From contig JBHGNT010000012.1 in the NCBI GenBank assembly GCA_043228905.1, positions 17,794,001 to 17,858,000 of the forward strand: a stretch of 64,000 bases of DNA. The letters run 5' to 3'. Positions 50,692 through 62,727 of this stretch are shown here, piece after piece. Position 1 is the stretch's first letter. Each line of letters starts with the position of its first letter. This DNA is from Azolla caroliniana. Lineage: Eukaryota > Plantae > Polypodiophyta. The translations under genes were made by a program, and so were the position numbers. The notes under the pieces were generated by a model. That model saw only the letters and a list, made by a program, of their open reading frames with translations. It was not told the DNA's origin and did no database searches.

Positions 50692-53600
50692 TCAATTCCT
50701 CTGTGGAGGGGACCTGCTCAGATTGTGTCTTTTCAACATAGATAGGTACTGCCTCATCAATGAAAATTTGTTTGTCCCCAAATGGTAGAGATAGTCCCAA
50801 GAATAGATGCCAGTATTGTGCAGGTCATCAAATGATACCCTGAAGAATAAAATCTATAAAATCAGATACCTTTAAAACAGGCACGGATTGAGAGATTAGG
50901 AAGTAACACAAATACAGGGTCCAAACAGCATCACCTTACACCATAATTACCAATTTGTTCTACAGCCATGATACCCACATTTCTCCTTCCAGCTATAACC
51001 TTCATTTCAGTTTGAAAATGTAAGAGTGAGTATTTCTCAAGGCATATCTGCTATACTCAAAATCAGAATCCTTTTGTAGATAAAATCCTCTGGTGTTATT
51101 ATAATTGGCATGTCTTACATCTCTTGCAATAGTTTGTGCTGAATCTCTTCAATGACTTTTTTTACTGTATCATGATAATGATTTGCATAACAGCTAGCTA
51201 TATATGTAATAAACATCAACAGATCACCATCTTTGCCCTTTAAACTATCAAATTTATGACAAGGAAACTACATTAACAGATACAAGAGGCCCCTTTGAGG
51301 ACTTCTACACATCCATATGCAATACTAAGTCATCTGACTCTAAACACGCTTGCTTGTCATGCAAGTATTGATAGAATATTGGTTTCTAGGTAGTTCGAAT
51401 GATTACATGACTAGATATTCTCTCTAGGAGGATCATATACATATGTAGTGAAAAACTTGAATGTCAAGATATGGGAACTAGAAAAATTCATGCATGGGAG
51501 AATTCATAGAAAGAAGAAAGAAAGAAAGAAATGGTAATGTCTTTTGAGAGGCCCAAATGGCCGATAAGATCAAAAAAGAGATTACATCTTAAAATGTTGT
51601 CTCATCTTTGAGAGCACGAAGTAGAAAAGTGAATAGAAATAGAAGTACCACGTGACTCAAGAATTTCGTCATCTATACATGTAAGATTCTCAAGTCAGAT
51701 ATATTGTACTTTTCGTCTTAGCACGATCTGTAGCACAGGTCAATCCAGAATGGAGAGGCCTCCAAAGTGAGGGAAGCACCAACAAAGGCAGGAGATAATG
51801 GCCTTTATCATGAAATAAATGCAGTTCAACACCATTTATCATGAATTAAATTCCCGACCATGCTTTTTCAATAACAAACATCCCTACTCTAATGAGGTAC
51901 TTTTTAGAGATTCTATACTCTATGACATCAAAGAGCAATGCACAAAACAAGAAGGTTCTTCTCAAGGTATTGATAGTTGGTCATCTCAACAAACACCCAC
52001 AATTAGCAAAGAAGAGAAAACATGTCAAACATTTCAAATTTTTCAGTTTGATTGAAGAGATTAGACCAAATCTTGAGAAAGTTAAAGCTATCTTAAATGG
52101 CAGGCCACAAGAAAGCTTCAGCTGAATCGGCACAACTACCCTTTCTATGCAATGTTAACCTTCGTTATCCATATCCCCAGAGACCTGCCAAATTGGATGT
52201 TTAATTCACAGTAATCATGGTTCAGAAAGAGCAAGAAAAATTATAGGCTAACAAATCAGAACACAATTTTTAAAGGGCTCAATTTGTACAAGACAATGAT
52301 TGATAACACTAGTTAGAAAGATAGGAATGGCAATACGTATTAGCTATTCTTAAGTAACTAGTCTACTCATATGTGCCAAATATCTAGACATTACTTATTT
52401 CTAAAGACATTGTGATATATATAAACATGCAGATCACATTCCACATGATAAATTTCTTGCATATAATGTTTTCAGAAAACTGGTCATAAATGTTTGAAAA
52501 CTTGAGTGTACGTATGTCATTTTATGCAATGGGAGTGTGGATCATTAATCAAGATAGAAATAACAGCATTTGCACCCAATGCATATTCAAACAGCGTTTA
52601 AACAAACACAACCATGATTCTACTAGGAAAAATAAGGGCAGAAACTATGCCTTTTCCCCTGAAATCATCCTGCGTTTGCTATCAGCGGCAGGAGATTGCA
52701 CCCTGAGAAACTCAGCAGAGAGGTGAAAGACTTCACCATTGTCAAATTCTACTTCAACCTACACACAGAAAACATGTCAATATTGAAAGAGCTTCAAAAC
52801 ATTATGCATGCAAAGCTTAACAGGTTAAGACAGTGAAGCTATATTGAAAAGAAGTGCAACCAAAATAAGCTCATTGGAGTAGAGAAAAAATCTTGATTCA
52901 ACACTTTCTTAACTCTGACCAGTCACAATTATCTTTCGAGATTTAATGGACCATTGTTATTTTAACAAACTCACCCACATCAAGCAATTTCTTAAAGGAA
53001 TGGCCAAGTCATTTCACATTACCTTTTCAGGTGCTTAGAATTGAATTAGATCAATTAGCCTAAGGTGACCAGAATGAGATGTACCAAATACAAGACGATA
53101 GTAGCACAAGAACCCCAATTACGAATCTCCAGTCACAAGGCTGCTAAAAAAGTTGAGGGACAAGGATTCCAATTGCAACTGAAAGAAACTGATGGGATAG
53201 AGCATAAATCTTGATTTATGCGTTTTGATAACTTTGTCAAGTTACAGATGTCTTTTGAAATTTAATGAGGTCATTGTTATTACGAACCTGAATCAAGTTG
53301 TTTCCTGAAGGGAAAGGTCAACTCATTGGCCATTCCCTCCCTTCAGATGCTTAGAATAGAATTCACTGAATTGGCCTCAGATGCCAGAACCAGGTGTACC
53401 AAACACAAGAGGGTAGAAGAATAAAGACACTTATTACAAATCTCCAATCACAAGGCTGCTCATACTCTGGCAAGGCTTGTTTTGGAAAACCTACAAAGCT
53501 CCAAACCATCCCTGAACGGGTATCTTGTGGAACTGCCTAATCATGATTCATGAGGCGTGCAGTGCAGAACCAATTCTCTAGACAGATCAAAGCACTGTGA

Positions 53601-54947
53601 CCCAACTGCAATGTTACTTCTCTTTCAGGAACATTTGTGGAATCTTAAAAGGCTTATATCAATATTTCATGTGTATGCCAATCCATGCTAGTCTAGAAGT
53701 TGGTTGTTGGTTTCATCATTCTGGCCATGATTTCCCCCATTTTGGGGACAAAAGAATCCCATAAGCATCACTTGTTTGTGCCATAAGAGTTACATGGAAT
53801 GTATTATTATGGTAGTCTATCAGCTTTGATGATAAAATGGTCACCCAGGGTTCTGTTTTATTGGCTGGCATGGACATCATGTCCAGTTTGAGCATGTTCA
53901 TTTTGCTTACAAAGAGAAGTTATTTTCGAGGTTCCTTTGATATGCTACACTTCTATAATTAGCCTAGTTTGAATCTACATGTTTGTGTTCACAAATTAAA
54001 GATTGGTTCCAAGCACATAGCATCTATATGGATACAATCCCACCTTTTCAGAATGCCTGATCACTTTCGATATGACTTAAAAAAGAAATAAAATGGTGAG
54101 ACAAATATCATTGAAAAGAACATAGAATAAACTTGAATCAACCCAAAAGTGCAACTAGGTGTAAAGATGGTCAATTATAAGTCCCTCTTCTTAGATATCT
54201 CCCACCATGGTTTCATTATTCAAGCTATGTATATGGAAACACAGATGTCAGATGCCCTTTGCACATTGACTGACAGAGTAGGTGGAGACATCAGTACATC
54301 AATTGTGAATAGAGACTGGATGATGCACATATGTCACTTTAGAGGACCCCATCTGCCAGCTTTGTAATTAGAAGTTGAATATGAGAAGCATTATGTATGC
54401 CATTGCCCAGTCTATTGTGAGATCAGACGAAGATATTCTTGTCTCTTAAAAGAAGGATTTAGTCCTATCTATAAAGCGATCGAGTACAACACTCAAAGAT
54501 TTAGTTCTGTCATCAACACTCTTGTGGAGAGGTCAACACCCACCGATCCACCTTCGCCGAGAATTTTTTGACATAGTTATTCCACATGTATCGATGTGTT
54601 TTCACAGGATCAAACGTCATCATTGTACAGCATCCGAAACGCCATCATCATCATCATCCAATCAATATTTCCAAACAGAATCATCTCATGATAGACATTT
54701 TCAGAGGGCAGCAATTTCACGTCCAACGAAAAAAGGAGCATGTAGCATGTTTCCAAGTAAAATTTTGTGCAAGGTGCTTTTCGTTCATTCTACGATCTCA
54801 AACAAAGCAGAACAGGGGAAGATGATCGAAACATACCATTTTGGGGGATGCGAGGGAGAGCTTGGTGAGGGCAGGGTTGTTGCTCCTCGTTGTGGAGCTT
54901 GTGCATAAAACCCTCACGCTGCACCTTGTCAGAAAATTCCTGCTCAT
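50692..54947 (-). CDS. DUF971 / gamma-butyrobetaine hydroxylase-like N-terminal domain protein, probable mitochondrial presequence; 4 exons, 143 aa
   Basis: Exons 54947-54837, 52758-52651, 50999-50935, 50839-50692 (432 nt): MSRNFLTRCSVRVLC...SPKM|VEVEFDNGEVFHLSAEFLRVQSPAADSKRRMISGEK|VIAGRRNVGIMAVEQIGNYGVR|VSFDDLHNTGIYSWDYLYHLG. LRV.SP.A, GNYG.R and FDD.H.TGIY.W are DUF971 hallmarks. Confidence 0.9.
51820..52110 (+). mobile_element. Highly decayed Gypsy RT remnant in DUF971 intron 2
   Basis: ...IRPNLEKVKAIL resembles the RT end motif GI.PDP.KV.AI. Upstream YFLEILYS is only weakly like YLDDILIYS. Confidence 0.3.
52929..53461. repeat. Diverged ~215-bp direct repeat pair (52929-53146, 53249-53461) in DUF971 intron 1
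   Basis: Colinear shared blocks ATTTAATG..CATTGTTATT, TTCAG.TGCTTAGAAT.GAATT, TGTACCAAA.ACAAGA, ATCTCCA.TCACAAGGCTGCT. Confidence 0.7.
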
Positions 54948-55166
54948 CTTCACAGACACACAAACACACAAGGCAGAAGGCAGAAGGCAGAAAGCAGCTC
55001 CTGTCACAGAACTCATGCCATGTTTTCTCTTTCACATCGCACCACACCATGCATAGACAGAGATGGACATGGAGAGCATGCTCTGCAGCTTACAGGAGCT
55101 GAACTAAAAACTGCTTATAAGATTTTCATCGTCTCTTCTTCACATTTTCGCTGTATAACAATCGGC

Positions 55167-55290
55167 AACGGTTCGAACCGAACCGTGAAACCGCGGTTTA
55201 ACCGGTTTGAACTCGGTTTGCCAAGGCTCAAGACGAACTGAACCCGTTCCAAACCCGTTTAAGGCTTAATCGGTTTGTCCAAACCGGTTT
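55167..55290. repeat. Cluster of AACCG/CGGTT motifs upstream of the DUF971 gene
   Basis: About ten motifs in both orientations, including AACCGGTT palindromes. Resembles hAT subterminal repeats or MYB-type sites. Confidence 0.55.
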
Positions 55291-55959
55291 GGCACATTAT
55301 TTGCTCTTGAGTTGTGGCTACGGCCGAGCCTGACCACACACTTCTGAACCGACATGTTGATTATGCAGATTACCTTGATGAATATCTATACCTATAGATG
55401 GAGGCCGCCTTGCAAGGTTAGATAAGATATTTTGTAGCGTCCGTAGATAAGAAAGACAATGCGGCACCCAACCCCTCCCTCGTGAGAAGACCTTGGCCAA
55501 CTACATTTCTTACATGGCTGCGTGGGGATGGTCTTTGAAGGCCCCGATGGATGCTTGTTCGTGACTCTCGGTGGTGTGGTCAGAAGCCCACATTGTTATC
55601 CGGCTCCTCCCACACCCCCACGAGTTTTTTTGTTTTCCAACCTCATGGGTGTCAGCGCATGTGTTCGTTAAATTCCGTAGAATGCTCATAACTTGTAGCG
55701 GTTGCTACAACCCAACGGTTGTCCCTATGGACTATATGTGCAACCATGATGCATCTAATGAAACACTAAAGAAGGCCTTTTTGAGTAATGTTCTACTACC
55801 TACAAGTCGTGTTGTCACCTCTTGTGCATGCTCCTTACTTACTTGCCTCTATACACTACGTATATCACATTGCACTACTACCCCAAACGACTATGACTTA
55901 TACACTTTGTTGATTTCAGTGTAACGAGGGTAGGAAACAATTATTCGTCCATCTCGTCA

Positions 55960-56184
55960 ATGCCATTACCATCACCATCACCATGCCATGGCCATGGCCA
56001 TGGCCATCATTATCATTATCACCATGTTATGGTCATGGCTATGGCTTGTGTCTATCTGCTGCCAAATCATAAAGAGGCTTGTTGAGGGGATTGTGGCCAC
56101 TGACGGTGCAAGGCACGTTGCTGAGGGTGCATACAATCTGCACTGTTTGATCTTTATATGAAAAAACGCACCATCAAAAAGTTG
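55960..56184 (+). repeat. CCAT/ATGG fold-back microsatellite plus 137-bp core, a diverged relative of 57812-58470
   Basis: 56048-56184 aligns colinearly with 58334-58470 (GTGTCTAT...CAAATCATAAAGAGG...GGCCAC.GACGGTGCA...CAATCTGCA...AAAAAGTTG), about 70% identical by eye. Confidence 0.8.
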
Positions 56185-57811
56185 ACAACCTTTATCGCCA
56201 AGATCCTAAAGAAGTTCTTTGTTAAAACTTTATGAAATTTCATCAACGATCATCATGAATATTCCAACCCTGCAAGAAGTTCATTCAAATGCTTAATAAT
56301 TTCTAATTAGAATACTTCCAATGAACTGAAAGAGCTTTAAGTGTATCTAAAACAACATTATTCACCAAAATTATGGTGATATATAAATACATCTACATTC
56401 TTAGACATATTCAAACAATGGTTAGTTAATAGTGTCCATGACGAAAATGGTATACAACACTAGACCCTCAAGTATTGAACATCGAAGCTATCATATCGTG
56501 TTTCAATCTATTTGTCACATCACAACATTATTTACAAAGAATATGATGATATATATTGTTGACAACTACATTCCTAGACATAGTGTTGGTGATCACTATC
56601 ATATGTGGCACTTGGCCTTCAATAATATAAACACAAACATCAAAATGGAGGCTATAGTATTGTATATTAACGTATTGCCCCTAGCCCCATTAATGAGGAA
56701 GATATTAATATATAATTGATTCAACATGCGAAAGTTAAGTTGCACTCTATTGCACCCCAAAAATCATTCAAAAATTTGAGGGAGTTAGCTATTGTGTTGA
56801 CTAGAATGATTAAGAATCATGAAGAGAAGTCCAAATAGAAAAAAACTCATCAAGGTTTTGTAATACCATATATGATGTAATTCATTATTCAACGAAAATA
56901 TGTTACATGCATGGAGATTAGAGAAGAAGTAAATCTTGTATATGATCTATGATTCTCAATCATACAAATTCTATGATTGCATTAGTAGTCGTTCATGCAA
57001 GGGCCCATCATGTTATCAGTTTGCATTTCTTTACATATGGCATATAAAAAGCTTTGGTAAGAAAATCAATATTGTTGAATGTTCATTCACAAACAAAAAT
57101 CTAGTGGCATAAAGCAAGTTGGCTAACAACTATCCATCCATGTCTGCATCAATATCAACATCAATGCTATTTATTTTGGCCAATTTCATCTTTGTCGGCA
57201 TAAAAGCCGCCATTTCTGCAACTCGAACTTTATAGTGATCTTTATCTGTGTTTTCTCAAGCTCTAAATACTGCTTTTGCTTTGCAATTTCTACCTTCTCA
57301 TACGTTTCTACCAACACTTCGACAGGTTACCCTAGGGCTAACAAGGGAGCTTTATAACGCATCCACTCGATGGACTTATTGACAAGCTTCCCATTTGCAA
57401 TTTTTATTGCATTACCATCATTCACATTCTTGATCACATCATCGCCACCGTAGGTAGGGCTTGTTTTTTGAATATGATTTTGGGTTATATCCGACATTTT
57501 CCCGACTCCCTCGGCATCCTTGACCCCACCATCATTGCCATATCCACGACATGTTCTTTGAATGCTAGTTGGCACTCTATCCAACATTGTTGCATAAGAA
57601 AGAACTTCTTCACATTAGAAACCACATTCTCTTCCAAGTCCAAGGTTTGAAGGAACTTACATTTCCATCGAGGAAGAAACCACATTCCACTAGAGATCCT
57701 CAACCACTACAAATAAAAATAACTGAGATAACATACAGTAGGAGTTGGAATCATTAAACATGTCACACTTCACGTTTGTATTCCTAAATATTATCGGGTT
57801 CCCGAAAATAT

Positions 57812-58328
57812 TCATCATTCATAATCATGATTCATGATTTCATTCATCATTCATCGTTCATTCATCATTCATCATTCATCATCCATCATGCTTCATGATT
57901 TATGATTCATGATTCATGATTCATCATGCATCATGCATCATGCATCATGCTTCATGATTGAATTGAAGCATGAAGCATGAAGCATGATGCATGATGAATG
58001 ATGAAGCATGAAGCATGATGCATGAAGCATGAAGCATGATGCATGATGCATGATGCATGATGGATGATGGATGATGGATGATGAATGATGAATGATGAAT
58101 GAAGCATGAAGCATGATGAATGATGAATGAAGCATGAAGCATGAAGCATGCATCATTCATCATGCATCATGCATCATGCATCATGCTTCATGCTTCATGA
58201 TTGAATTGAAGCATGAAGCATGATACATGATGAATGATGAATGATGAAGCATGAAGCATGATGAATGATGAATGATGGATGATGGATGATGAATGATGAA
58301 TGATGAATGATGAATGATGGATGAAGCA
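57812..58328. repeat. 7-bp-unit minisatellite in alternating orientation (TCATGCT/TCATGCA/TCATCAT versus reverse complements)
   Basis: Forward block, junction GATTGAATTGAAGC (57956), reverse block, forward block, identical junction (58199), reverse block. Confidence 0.92.
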
Positions 58329-58475
58329 TCGACGTGTCTATTATGACACAAATCATAAAGAGGGCTGGTGAGGGAATCGCGGCCACAGACGGTGCAGGTT
58401 GCTCAGAGAAGGCGCGTGCAATCTGCATCGTCGAATTTCGGTAAGGAAGAACGCGCGAAAAAAAAAGTTGTGCAG

Positions 58476-58831
58476 AGGTCGCCCAACCTTGTTAGAGGTC
58501 GCCCAACTGTTGGGTGACCAGTTTAAGCAGGTTGCCCAACTGCTTTAGGGCTTATATTGAGTTGGTCACCCAACCAACTCAATAAAAGATGCAGGTCGCC
58601 CAACCGTTTATTTTTAAAGCGGTTGGGTGACTTGCAAAAGTAGGTTGCCCAACTGCTTTAGGGTTTATATTGAGTTGGTCACCCAACCAACCCAATAAAA
58701 GATGTAGGTCGCCCAACCGTTTATTTTTAAAGCGGTTGGGTCACCAGTTGAAGCAGGTTGCCCAACTGCTTTAGGGTTTATATTGAGTTGGTCACCCAGC
58801 CAACCCAATAAAAGATGTAGGTCGCCCAACC
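58476..58831. repeat. 113-bp tandem array rich in GGTYRCCCAAC motifs with internal hairpins
   Basis: AGGTCGCCCAAC recurs at 58476, 58496, 58593, 58706 and 58819. Hairpins GTCGCCCAACCG...CGGTTGGGTGAC and TATTGAGTTGGT...ACCAACTCAATA. Confidence 0.92.
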
Positions 58832-60188
58832 GATGACTATAAAAGCCTAAAACCTGTCATTATCTCTCATTTTTTCAAACGAGATTGACAGGTTTCTTTT
58901 GCCGGGAAAGAGTTGGGCGTTAGGTGGCCTGCAATCAACATACACAACAATCAATCTCCTTCATCACTATTCCCAAGTATGTACTAAACCCTATCGCATC
59001 ACTTTTTCTATTTTTTTTACATGTGGTAGGAATAGTTGAGGGATTAGGGTTTGGAGTAGTTGAGGGATTTTGTTTCTTGTTGAGGGATTACAAGGATAAG
59101 GATTCATTACTAAAATCATGTAGAAGGCTCTACCTCAGACATGAAATCTATGCATTGAATAAGGTAGCAGTATTCGATATTGCATCCTGAGTCTTTTAAC
59201 TGCATAGTTAAGGTACAAAACATGGATATGCCATCACTATTATCCCCCCAAAACAAATGGAAAAAATAGTAATAATAATCACGAAGTTGCATTTGAATTG
59301 TCTCAATCCTTGGTTTGATTGATTCAAAAAGGGGTATTTCAATCTTCCCCCTAAGATCATCCACATCAATTACCACATTTTTTTAATCTTCTTCGAGAAT
59401 GTGAAACACTTTTCGTTGAGCGGCATGCAAGCAACCTCTACATAACGAAAGGAAAACTATCTTATGTTCTATCAATTACACATTCACTCATCATCATAAT
59501 CATGGTTCCATACCATCATCAATAGCCCTACCCCCTCTTCATAAACCTTCTTACTTCTTTAATCCTGTACTCTCTCTAGTTTACCAACACCAGAGACTCT
59601 GGCTTTGATTCAATTAACTCTCTTTTATTGTCAATCCCTAGAGACAACTCTGTGCCATGTTTAAACTGTCTCAATCCTTGTTTGATTCAGAATGGCATTG
59701 ATTTAACCCTGAAGTCATTCATATCATTATCGTCAAATTTTTTTTGTCATCAACAATGTGTAACAATCTCATTGTCATCTTTTCTTTTCTTCATTTTTTT
59801 AGTCATCAATAATGTGTAACAATGGCACTAAAGCATTGCCATTGTTCCATCCTCATCTTTTTTTCTTAGAGGTCACATCAACCACATTCACTGCAACACA
59901 TGACTTTTCCTTTTAGGACAAACCACATTTACTAAATCATTTAACCTTCATCTGTTGTTTTGCACACAATCCTTACATACAGGGATGGTCACCACCATCA
60001 TCATTATATTCCTCCTCCTCTAATTAGGGATTTGGAACATGATAAGTAGGATATAACATATGGGGAGATTTGGAAGTGAGGGATTAGGGTTTCGGGTTTA
60101 GGGTTTAATGATTTGCTTGCTTAAACTTAATATTGTGTGTGTTTGAGTATTAAATTCAAAAAATGTTTGATTACTTGAATGGTGGTAG

Positions 60189-62241
60189 ATGGCTTCCAAG
60201 TCCAAGTACAAAGATTGGTGGGATTTCGATAACAGTGACATATATCCAACTCAAGAGAGGTATGTCACGAACCAATCTCCCCTAATACTGGTTTAGGGTT
60301 TGATGCATGTATGTTGACTCGTGATTTGTTAAAGGGTCTTCGTTAGAAGACATTGGCGAAGTTCGTCAGCCGACATGTGTACGAGTGGGGACAAAATGGA
60401 TCAAACACATACGCCTCAGATCGAGCCCATACAGGCCATGGCAACATTTGACCAAGATGCTCCTCCAAATGGTATGTGGATTTGGTGTCGTTCCAATATG
60501 TCAATCTTTATGCCAATCTTTATGTCAATCTTAAATATGTAACACATACAGAAGGAACAGATGCTCCTCGCCCAGACTCGTTGTATAAGGTTGGAAGAGA
60601 TGCAAATAGGAACAAGGCCCGTGCGTGTATCTATATTGAGTATTGCCGCCTCTCGCCAAGGTGGTATCGCAAAAAAAGTGACATGGAATCACATTTACGC
60701 AGGGAACATGGAATAGACATAGTCCTACCACGAGGGATGCGTATAGAGGAGGAGGAGGGTATTCCGGGGGTATGCTTTAATAACTATGAGCGTCAGAGAT
60801 CACTCAGAAGATTCATGGACCCCAAAATCAAGTACAACAGAAATTGGCAAACATATATCCGGAAGTTGAAGGTTAGGGCTGATTCGAGGTACCACTCTAT
60901 TCCGTCTGAACTCCGTCTTGACACAAAGGCAGAGTTCGTGGCGCAATTTATGGACAATGAGATGGCCATATACGACTCCAAAAAGGATGAGCGTTTGGAA
61001 ATGTTGGCGAAGAAGATATCATCCGGTTTGGATTCTTATGTAAGTATGAGCGAGGATTTCATTTCATATATGTGTTGGAGGGTTTATTGGTAGAATTCAA
61101 ATAATAACATGTGTCTTATTGTGGTGAAACAGTGTAAAAAGGCGGGGATATCCACCCAACCACAGGGTGTGTACACGGATGTGGATGAGGCTCTAAACCC
61201 ATCTGAGGGTGGTGTGTCCACTCCACCGAGACGGAGACGACAAAAGATGCCAGTCCGACGGAAGGAGGTCGAGTCACACACTGATATTTATTCCCTAACA
61301 TCAGATTCAGATGACGCTGCACCGGATGTGGCCATAGTTCAAATTCAGCATGGCAAGGGCATAAGGTTATGGATCCAAACACCAAATAAACACTTTTCCA
61401 GGTAGGGTTTATGTGAAATATAAACTAGTATCCTACTAACTGACATGGGGTGTGATGTACCTACTCAAACTACATATTTCTATGCATTCAGGTACCAACT
61501 GACCTGCCAACGTCTCAATTTGGCCCTTGACGTTACCGAGTCAGATCTTGAGACCATGTGCAAGTGTCGTGAAATGGCATCGACGTGGACTATGACCTTA
61601 TTCACGTTGTGGATGGAGTATTTGTTGCCACTCGAGGTGACAGAACGCTTCACTGTCGTCGACCCACTCTGGGTGACGCTACACCAACAGACGATGAAGG
61701 GGCAAGCCATCCTTAGGAAGGTGGCTGAATGTGATTATATGTTCATTCCGATCGTGCTTGATGGGCATTGGGTGTTGTGGACGAAGATGTGACAGAAAGT
61801 TTCTAAGCTAACTAGCAAAGTAGTCTTCTACGATCCATTGAACAACGCAGCGACTGACAACATGCGGAGAATGGCAGAGTTGGCGATTCGGGAAATTTCA
61901 TCTGAACCGTTAGACCACACCATTGTGCCTGAGGGTCAACATCACGTATTGCACATCCCAACTCAGCCAAATTGTTGGGATTGTGGCTTTTACGTCATGA
62001 AGACTATCCAAATGTTGGTGGGGGAGTTCTTACAAGGATGGATATCTCCGATTTTTGTAAGTGTAATTGCAATGCCTTATTCATGTGGATTGTGTATAGA
62101 TGTGTTCTTATACATATTTGGTGATAGGGCACAAAGATGTGGTTCACCAAACACGAAGTGGATTCACTTCGGAATCATATGGACGAGTGGGCACGAAGGG
62201 TACTAGGATTTGCACCTGCGACCGGTGGCTCCATATTGTAA
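60189..62241 (+). pseudogene. Six-exon C2H2-like zinc finger plus Ulp1/SUMO-protease (peptidase C48) gene with one in-frame TGA
   Basis: Exons 60189-60259, 60347-60471, 60552-61039, 61133-61401, 61492-62056, 62128-62241, all GT-AG and in phase (1632 nt). Contains C-x5-C...H-x4-H (CIYIEYC...MESHLRREHG), then DYMFIPIVLDGHWVL, VFYDPL, QPNCWDCGFYV and WFTKHEVDSLR. TGA at 61790-61792. Confidence 0.85.
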
Positions 62242-62393
62242 ATTTTGTGAATGTTGTTTTCAGCACAAATTTTGCTATAGAGCTGATGTTATAACTATAT
62301 TTTGGAATCCACACAAATTTTGTATAGCGAGAATCGACTCATTGTATATCGCGATTACTTATTAATGGAAATGTTGTTTACAACAAGTGTTTA

Positions 62394-62548
62394 TCTCAAG
62401 TTGATTTGTTGTTTTAAACCAATCACAAGTTGTGATCTAAAGGTGATTTGTTGTTTTCAACCAATCTAAGTTGTGATCTAAAGTTGATTTGTTGTTTTAA
62501 AAGTTTCTCAAGTTGTGATCTCCAATAGATTTGACGTTTTAACCAATC
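62394..62548. repeat. ~43-bp tandem repeat (about 3.5 copies)
   Basis: AAGTTGATTTGTTGTTTT.AACCAATC..AAGTTGTGATCT repeated. Confidence 0.8.
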
Positions 62549-62727
62549 ATCTACTTAATCCTTTCTCTATCTTATTGGTAAATTCTAATTTCACACAGCT
62601 CCTAGTTCCTAAAAGACTTTCAATTGACTTTAGCAACGTTCCTAGAACCTTCCTCGCGTATGTCTAAAAAAAGGACTTTTTTTATTTCTTTAATGAACTA
62701 CGATTTTTCATTCAACGGAGAAACCAA

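Noticed and set aside
56900-57760. Minus-strand coding-like remnant next to the hairpin end
   Set aside because: Fragmented, and I could not identify transposase or Rep/helicase motifs, so it is not used as evidence for element class.
57938-58428. His/Met/Ser-rich ORFs suggesting a metal-binding peptide
   Set aside because: Artefact of the 7-bp repeat, which is open in several frames with no gene structure.
61790-61792. Selenocysteine reading of the in-frame TGA
   Set aside because: Land plants lack the Sec machinery, the position is not the catalytic Cys, and no SECIS was recognised.
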